Below are positions 57,101 through 64,000 of a DNA stretch of 64,000 nt, in pieces. Every line of letters starts with the position of its first letter. Positions within the stretch are counted from its first letter, which is position 1. The notes under the pieces were generated by a model, which saw only the letters and a program-made list of their open reading frames with translations, had not been told where the DNA came from and did not search any database. The position numbers and the translations under genes are program-made. This DNA comes from Macrostomum lignano. Its lineage: Eukaryota. The stretch lies in the NCBI GenBank assembly GCA_002269645.1, contig NIVC01003039.1, forward strand, positions 1-64,000. Direction: 5' to 3'.

Positions 57101-60100
57101 AGAATGGCCCTGAACAGACTATTTGAGAATGGCCCCTGAACAGACTATTTGAGAATGGCCCTGAACAGACTATTTAGAATGGCCCTGAACAGACTATTTG
57201 AGAATGGTCCCTGAACAGACTATTTGAGAATGGCCCCTGAACAGACTATTTGAGAATGGCCCCTGAACAGACTATTTGAGAATGGCCCCTGAACAGACTA
57301 TTTGAGAATGGTCCCTGAACAGACTATTTAGAATGGCCCCTGAACAGACTATTTGAGAATGGCCCCTGAACAGACTATTTGAGAATGGTCCCTGAACAGA
57401 CTATTTGAGAATGGTCCCTGAACAGACTATTTGAGAATGGCCCTGAACAGACTATTTGAGAATGGCCCCTGAACAGACTATTTGAGAATGGCCCCTGAAC
57501 AGACTATTTGAGAATGGTCCCTGAACAGACTGTTTGAGAATGGTCCCTGAACAGACTGTTTGAGAATGGCCCCTGAACAGACTATTTAAGAATGGCCCCT
57601 GAACAGACTATTTGAGAATGGTCCCTGAACAGACTGTTTGAGAATGGTCCCTGAACAGACTATTTGAGAATGGTCCCTGAACAGACTATTTGAGAATGGC
57701 CCCTGAACAGACTATTTGAGAATGGCCCCTGAACAGACTGTTTGAGAATGGCCCCTGAACAGACTATTTGAGAATGGCCCCTGAACAGACTATTTGAGAA
57801 TGGCCCCTGAACAGACTATTTGAGAATGGCCCTGAACAGACTATTTGAGAATGGCCCCTGAACAGACTATTTGAGAATGGTCCCTGAACAGACTATTTGA
57901 GAATGGCCCCTGAACAGACTGTTTGAGAATGGCCCCTGAACAGACTATTTGAGAATGGTCCCTGAACAGACTATTTGAGAATGGCCCCTGAACAGACTAT
58001 TTGAGAATGGTCCCTGAACAGACTATTTGAGAATGGCCCCTGAACAGACTATTTGAGAATGGCCCCTGAACAGACTATTTGAGAATGGCCCCTGAACAGA
58101 CTATTTGAGAATGGCCCCTGAACAGACTATTTGAGAATGGTCCCTGAACAGACTATTTGAGAATGGTCCCTGAACAGACTATTTGAGAATGGTCCCTGAA
58201 CAGACTATTTGAGAATGGTCCCTGAACAGACTATTTGAGAATGGTCCCTGAACAGACTATTTGAGAATGGCCCCTGAACAGACTATTTGAGAATGGCCCC
58301 TGAACAGACTATTTAAGAATTCTGAGAATGGTCCCTGAACAGACTATTTAAGAATTCTGAGAATGGTCCCTGAACAGACTATTTAAGAATTCTGAGAATG
58401 GTCCCTGAACAGACTATTTGAGAATTCTGAGAATGGTCCCTGAACTGCGATAAAAGCTTTCTAATACCTTAAGCTGCATCTGTTAATCTCTCGTCCCCTT
58501 AGGCTGGCTTCCACGCGCTGGCCGAATTCTACCAAGCCGAGACCTGCGGCGAGGCCAGGAAATTCGGCGAGCAAATTGCCCGTCTGCAGCACTCTGACCA
58601 GCTGTTCAAAGAGTCGGACAAGCGGTCCGGCAGCTCCACCCAGATGCCGTTCAAAGCCGAGTGGACTAAGGCTAAGAAAGCTTTGGAGACTGTTGAGAAA
58701 GATAATAATACTATCTATCACGAGCAGGTAAGCTCACGAATGCTTCATAACCTCACGTAAAATCTAGAATAGGACGCTGACCCTCCCAGATCCTGAGTTG
58801 CTGGGCCAGCCTCCCAGATCCTGAGTTGCTGGGCCAGCCTCCCAGATCCTGAGTTGCTGGGCCAGCCTCCCAGATCCTCAGTTGCTGGGCCAGCCTCCCA
58901 GATCCTCAGTTGCTGGGCCAGCCTCCCAGATCCTCAGTTGCTGAGCCAGCCTCCCAGATCGTCAGTTGCTGGGCCAGCCTCCAAGATCCTCAGCTGCTGG
59001 GCCAGCCTCGGAGATCCTCAGTTGCTGGGCCAGCCTCCCAGATTCTCAGTTGCTGGGCCAGCCTCCCAGATCCTCAGTTGCTGGGCCAGCCTCCCAGATC
59101 CTCAGTTGCTGGACCAGCCTCCCAGATCCTCAGTTGCTGAGCCAGCCTCCCAGATCCTCAGTTGCTGAGCCAGCCTCCCAGATCCTCAGTTGCTAGGCCA
59201 TTTCGATCCGAATTCGCTAACCTGCTCCAGGTGCCACCGGTGAACTCGCTCTCGGCCATAGACAAGGCCGCCATCGCCAAGGCCATCCCCATGGCCTACC
59301 CAATGTCCGAAGGCTTTCGCGACAGCTTCGACAGGCTGGTGCCCATGCACATCCATCAGTCCTTGCTGAACTTCGAAGCTTGCCGTAATGACGCCTGCCA
59401 GAAGGAGCTGGGCCGCCTGCGCGAGGCCACCAGCCTGATGCAGGGCGTGCTAACCTCGCTGAACCTGCCGATGTCGCTAGAAGACTCTGGCTCGGCCAGC
59501 GTGCCGCCTTCGCTGCTTGACAAGGCCCGCGATCTGGTTGACAAAGGCGGCTACGAGAAGTTGCGCGAATTGTCCTCTGAGAATCCCGAGCTGCACAAGC
59601 GCAATCGCGAAATACTGGACGAAGCCCTGCGCTTGCTAGACGAGGAGCAGGAAGCCGATAATAAGCTGCGGGAACAGTTCAAGGAGAAATGGCAGCGAAC
59701 TCCGTCTGAACGGCTTAACGATAAACTGCGCAGCGAGGCTATGAACTTCAAGTGAGAATTTTTTCTCTTGTGAGATTCCTGCGATGCTTTTTTAGTAAAG
59801 ACTCGTAACTTTTTTCGTCTGATGCTTTTCCGTCAGAGGTGTGAGATTTCCTAAGAGCTACTATCAATTATGAGATTTCCTATGATATGCTATCAATTGT
59901 GAGATTTCCATGATGCTATTCAGTCTGAGGCGTGAGATTTCCCATGAGATGCTATTCAGTCTGAGGCTTGAGATTTCCCATAAGATGCTATTCAGTCTGA
60001 GGCGTGAGATTTACCATGAGATGCTATTCAGTCTGAGGCGTGAGATTTCCCATGAGATGCTATTCAGTCTGAGGCGTGAGATTTACCATGAGATGCTATT

Positions 60101-63100
60101 CAGTCTGAGGCGTGAGATTTCCCATGAGATGCTATTCAGTCTGAGGCGTGAGATTTCCCATGAGATGCTATTCAGTCTGAGGCGTGAGTTTTCCCATGAG
60201 ATGCTATTCAGTCTGAGGAATGAGATTTCCCATGAGATGCTATTCAGTCTGAGGAATGAGATTTCCCGTGGGATGCAACTGTCTGAGAGCGTGAGTCTGA
60301 GAGCGTGAGATTTTCCATGAGATTCTATTCAGTCTGTGGCGTGAGATTTCCCATGAGATTCTATTCAGTCTGAGAGCGTGAGATTTCCCATGAGCTGCAA
60401 CTCAGTCTGAGAGCGTGAGATTTCCCGTGAGATGCTATTCAGTCTGAGGCGTGAGATTTCCCATGAGATGCTATTCAGTCTGAGGCGTGAGATTTCCCAT
60501 GAGATGCTATTCAGTCTGAGGCGTGAGTTTTCCCATGAGATGCTATTCAGTCTGAGGAATGAGATTTCCCATGAGATGCTATTCAGTCTGAGGAATGAGA
60601 TTTCCCATGAGATGCTATTCAGTCTGAGGAATGAGATTTCCCATGAGATGCTATTCAGTCTGAGGAATGAGATTTCCCATGAGATGCTATTCAGTCTGAG
60701 GAATGAGATTTCCCATGGGATGCAACTGTCTGAGAGCGTGAGTCTGAGAGCGTGAGATTTTCCATGAGATTCTATTCAGTCTGTGGCGTGAGATTTCCCA
60801 TGAGATTCTATTCAGTCTGAGAGCGTGAGATTTCCCATGAGCTGCAACTCAGTCTGAGAGCGTGAGATTTCCCGTGAGATGCTATTCAGTCTGAGGCGTG
60901 AGATTTCCCATGAGATGCTATTCAGTCTGAGGCGTGAGATTTCCCATGAGATGCTATTCAGTCTGAGAGCGTGAGATTTCCCATGAGATCCTTCAGTCTG
61001 AGGAGTTGTATGCCTAAAACTGTCTAAATTTAAAAATACCAATTTTGTTGCTGCAATGCTACTAATATAGTAAACTAGGACAGTAGCTTAAAAGCGCATG
61101 TCCCGCTAAAAAACACACCCGCCAGGCAAATGCTGGAGAACGCGTCAAGCGCCGATCGCACTGTGCAACAGAAAATCGCCGACAATTCCGAGGGTCTCAC
61201 CGTACTGAGCGGCGGCGAATCCAAGATCAAAGCCGCCCTACCGACAGCCGGCGGCCAAGCTGCCAGCGGCGGCTCCGGCGGCGAAGCTTTGAAAGCTGAC
61301 CTGCGCAAACTCTGCCAACAGGCCGAGTCGCTGAAAGGGGAGCGAACCGGACTGGAGAAGCAGCTGCAGGACGCCATGGCCAGCCAGCCGGACGGTCTGG
61401 CCACAGAATTAAGCAACGCCATGTCCGATAGCAGCGGCCAGGCCGACGTGTCCTCGCTTGTCAACGACAAAGTCAACGAGTTGCTCAGGCCGTTGAGGCA
61501 GAAAGTTGACGAACAGCTGCAACAGCAGGAGAGTCTTCTGGCTGAGGTGAGAGATGCGCGACCGGGACTTGTAGGGTTTGTTGCTTTTGAGCGCGAATTG
61601 CAAGTTGAATGCCTTAATTTGGGAAACCTGGGTGTGCTGAAAATTCCTAGTCTTTTATTCACTTAACTCCTAGCTCTGGATATCCTAGCATCAGTCTAAA
61701 TACCCTAGCACCACTCTAGACACGCTAGCACCACACAAGACACCCTAGTACCACTCTAGACACCCTAGCACCACTCTAGACACCCTAGTACCACTCTAGA
61801 CACCCTAGTACCACTCTAGACACCCTAGTACCACTCTAGACACCCTAGCATCACTCTAGACACCCTAGCACCACTCTAGACACCCTAGTACCACTCTAGA
61901 CACCCTAGTACCACTCTAGACACCCTAGTACCACTCTAGACACCCTAGCATCACTCTAGACACCCTAGCACCACTCTAGACACCCTAGTACCACTCTAGA
62001 CACCCTAGTACCACTCTAGACACCCTAGTACCACTCTAGACACCCTAGCATCACTCTAGACACCCTAGCACCACTCTAGACACCCTAGTACCACTCTAGA
62101 CACCCTAGTACCACTCTAGACACCCTAGTACCACTCTAGACACGCTAGCACCACACAAGACACCCTAGTACCACTCTAGACACCCTAGCACCACTCTAGA
62201 CACCCTAGTACCACTCTAGACACCCTAGTACCACTCTAGACACCCTAGTACCACTCTAGACACCCTAGCATCACTCTAGACACCCTAGTACCACTCTAGA
62301 CACCCTAGTACCACTCTAGACACCCTAGTACCACTCTAGACACCCTAGCATCACTCTAGACACCCTAGCACCACTCTAGACACCCTAGTACCACTCTAGA
62401 CACCCTAGTACCACTCTAGACACCCTAGTACCACTCTAGACACCCTAGCATCACTCTAGACACTCTAGCACCACTCTAGATACCTTAGTACCACTCTAGA
62501 CACCCTAGTACCACTCTAGACACCCTAGCACCACTCTAGATACCCTAGTACCACTCTAGACACCCTAGTACCACTCTAGACACGCTAGAATCACTATAGA
62601 CACCCTAGCACCACTCTAGATACCCTAGTACCACTCTAGACACCCTAGTACCACTCTAGACACCCTAGCACCACTCTAGACACCCCAGCATCACTCTAGA
62701 CACCCTAGCACCACTCTAGATACCCTAGCACCACTCTAGACACCCTAGCACCACTCTAGATACCCTAGCATCACTCTAGACACCCTAGCACCACTCTAGA
62801 TACCCTAGTACCACTCTAGACACTCTAGTACCACTCTAGACACCCTAGAACCACTCTAGACACCCTAGTACCACTCTAGACACCCTAGTACCACTCTAGA
62901 CACCCTAGTACCACTCTAGACACCCTAGCATCACTCTAGACACCCTAGCATCAGTCTAAACGTACCCGCTGCTCCCGCCAGGTGCAATCAAAGAACACGG
63001 AGTGGAGCGGCGGCTCGCAGAGCACAGCAGGCAGCCGGCAGGCCTGGCTCACAAAGCTCGGCAAAGCCTACGACGCGTTCATTGAAGTGCTTGGCAATTT

Positions 63101-63302
63101 GAAAGAAGGCCAGAAGTTCTACTCCGACCTGACCGAAGTGCTGCTAAAGCACCAGAGTCGAGTCAGCGATTTCTGTTTCGCTCGTAAAACAGAAAAAGAC
63201 GAATTGATGCGCGATTTGCAGTCGGCCATCGCCAGGCAGCAGCCAGCTCAGTCCGCGCCGTCTGCCCCGGCCTTTCATGCCACCACCGCCGGCACTGGAC
63301 AG
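44917..63302 (+). CDS. PDCD6IP: ALIX / programmed cell death 6-interacting protein (Bro1 + V domain) gene model, 3'-incomplete
   Basis: Exons 44917-45119, 48374-48428, 48507-48576, 48647-49065, 58503-58727, 59231-59751, 61126-61546, 62982-63302 splice in frame (2235 nt, 745 codons). Near-identical ALIX segments: NREILDEALRLLDEEQEADNKLREQFKEKWQRTPS, LNLPMSLED, NLKEGQKFYSDLTE, FARKTEKDELMRDLQSAIAR. Confidence 0.95.
45480..47160. repeat. Diverged ~440-bp tandem duplication plus short inverted arrays in ALIX intron 1
   Basis: 45977.. AGTCCGGATCATGCTAGGTGTATGCC is similar to 46830.. AGTCTAGATCATGTTAGGTGCATGCC. CATTTTGCCCATAAACC-type units at 45518-45640 recur inverted at 45945-45970 and 46755-46805. 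Confidence 0.6.
46331..46733. mobile_element. 403-bp MITE, hAT-type (8-bp TSD)
   Basis: 17-bp TIRs TAGAGGTCGGACGGGAT / ATCCCGTCCAACCTCTA (1 mismatch); perfect 8-bp direct repeat ATACTATA at 46323-46330 and 46734-46741; no ORF with transposase similarity. Confidence 0.88.
48374..48428 (+). CDS. PDCD6IP: ALIX exon 2
   Basis: YHDQLCAIESKLPISENS; TTTCAG / GTAAGT; phase 2-0. Confidence 0.92.
48507..48576 (+). CDS. PDCD6IP: ALIX exon 3 (Phe105-loop region)
   Basis: IRIDFKYHDAFEKESLFSGKNAL; TTGCAG / GTAAGT; phase 0-1. Confidence 0.9.
48647..49065 (+). CDS. PDCD6IP: ALIX exon 4 (Bro1 core)
   Basis: FEKMCVLFNIAALQTQVA...LAQAQETVYRKA...AAKQ; phase 1-0. Confidence 0.95.
49218..58444 (+). repeat. ~9.2-kb satellite, 25-bp monomer CTGAACAGACTATTTGAGAATGG(C/T)CC, about 370 copies, in ALIX intron 4
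   Basis: Direct inspection; highly homogeneous, with C/T, 1-bp deletion and A/G variants. Confidence 0.98.
58503..58727 (+). CDS. PDCD6IP: ALIX exon 5 (Bro1 C-terminal part)
   Basis: AGFHALAEFYQA...KFGEQIARLQH...EKDNNTIYHEQ; CCCCTTAG / GTAAGC; phase 0-0. Confidence 0.93.
58780..59195 (+). repeat. 28-bp minisatellite GGGCCAGCCTCCCAGATCCTCAGTTGCT
   Basis: About 15 copies in ALIX intron 5. Confidence 0.95.
59231..59751 (+). CDS. PDCD6IP: ALIX exon 6 (Bro1 end, V domain start)
   Basis: VPPVNSLSAIDKAAIAK...RSEAMNF; donor AA|GTGAGA; phase 0-2. Confidence 0.95.
59850..61000 (+). repeat. 36-bp minisatellite GAGATGCTATTCAGTCTGAGGCGTGAGATTTCCCAT
   Basis: About 30 copies in ALIX intron 6. Confidence 0.95.
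61126..61546 (+). CDS. PDCD6IP: ALIX exon 7 (V domain)
   Basis: QMLENASSADRTVQQK...QQQESLLAE; donor GAG|GTGAGA; phase 2-0. Confidence 0.9.
61682..62960 (+). repeat. 20-bp minisatellite GACACCCTAG(T/C)ACCACTCTA
   Basis: About 63 copies in ALIX intron 7. Confidence 0.96.
62982..63302 (+). CDS. PDCD6IP: ALIX exon 8 (V domain end, start of Pro-rich tail)
   Basis: VQSKNTEW...AYDAFIEVLGNLKEGQKFYSDLTEVL...SAPSAPAFH; donor CAG|GTGAAA; phase 0-0. Confidence 0.93.
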
Positions 63303-63464
63303 GTGAAAAATTATGTGCCTGTGCTTTTTTAGATTGTAAATCGTACAGGTAGATTCTCACAGGGTGTACAGCGGGCTTGACTTTTATCGTCAGACATGTA
63401 CATTCTGCTTTAGATATTGGCTTTACAGGCACGAAATCGTGTACAAAATTGAAAAGCCCATATG

Positions 63465-64000
63465 TAGTCCAGATTCTATATCTTAGAGATTCAGTAATCC
63501 ATGAGCAGCTTCCAGTCTAGATTCTATATCTTAGAGATTCAGTAATCCATGAGCAGCTTCCAGTCTAGATTCTATATCTTAGAGATTCAGTAATCCATGA
63601 GCAGCTTCCAGTCTAGATTCTATATCTTAGAGATTCAGTAATCCATGAGCAGCTTCCAGTCTAGATTCTATATCTTAGAGATTCAGTAATCCATGAGCAG
63701 CTTCCAGTCTGTATTATATATCTTAGAGATTCAGTAATCCATGAGCAGCTTCCAGTCTAGATTCTATATCTTAGAGATTCAGTAATCCATGAGCAGCTTC
63801 CAGTCTGTATTATATATCTTAGAGATTCAGTAATCCATGAGCAGCTTCCAGTCCAGATTCTATATCTTAGAGATTCAGTAATCCATGAGCAGCTTCCAGT
63901 CTAGATTCTATATCTTAGAGATTCAGTAATCCATGAGCAGCTTCCAGTCTAGATTCTATATCTTAGAGATTCAGTAATCCATGAGCAGCTTCCAGTCCAG
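63465..64000 (+). repeat. 48-bp minisatellite CTAGATTCTATATCTTAGAGATTCAGTAATCCATGAGCAGCTTCCAGT
   Basis: At least 11 copies in ALIX intron 8, truncated by the window edge. Confidence 0.95.

Noticed and set aside
49218-58444. CRISPR-like array (25-bp direct repeats)
   Set aside because: Repeats are contiguous with no unique spacers, there are no cas genes, and the context is a eukaryotic intron. The same applies to all other arrays.
59910-60755. EMLFSLRREISH-repeat ORFs
   Set aside because: A 36-bp minisatellite in ALIX intron 6; exons 6 and 7 join in frame without it.
44917-63302. Assignment as HD-PTP (PTPN23), BROX or rhophilin
   Set aside because: A V domain is present, and the Phe105-loop and long V-domain segments match ALIX best; the downstream tail lies outside the window.
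1-64000. tRNA/rRNA/snRNA genes
   Set aside because: None recognised by eye; tRNAscan-SE and Infernal were not run.

Overview
Eukaryotic (animal) genomic DNA with two head-to-head multi-exon genes. GC-rich exons sit in AT-rich introns, and nearly every larger intron carries its own minisatellite; this resembles the flatworm Macrostomum lignano genome (inference, not verified). Minus strand: a RIM-binding protein gene (RIMBP2/TSPOAP1 family; coiled coil, SH3-1, three FN3 domains), with ATG at 36443 and about 21 phase-consistent exons continuing off the left edge. Plus strand: an ALIX/PDCD6IP gene (Bro1 and V domains), with ATG at 44917 and 8 phase-consistent exons continuing off the right edge; its intron 4 holds a ~9.2 kb 25-bp satellite. 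Between the genes are decayed LINE and piggyBac remnants, and ALIX intron 1 holds a hAT-type MITE. The main finding is a 2.2-kb in-frame alternative terminal exon of RIMBP (4035..1840), with its own stop and AATAAA. It would replace the C-terminal SH3 pair with 11 copies of an unrecognised ~50-aa repeat (two alternating subtypes), an (AAAAE)n/(GAE)n linker and an 11-mer amphipathic tail. Exon boundaries were derived by hand from GT-AG sites and phase; repeat boundaries are approximate; no database searches were run.
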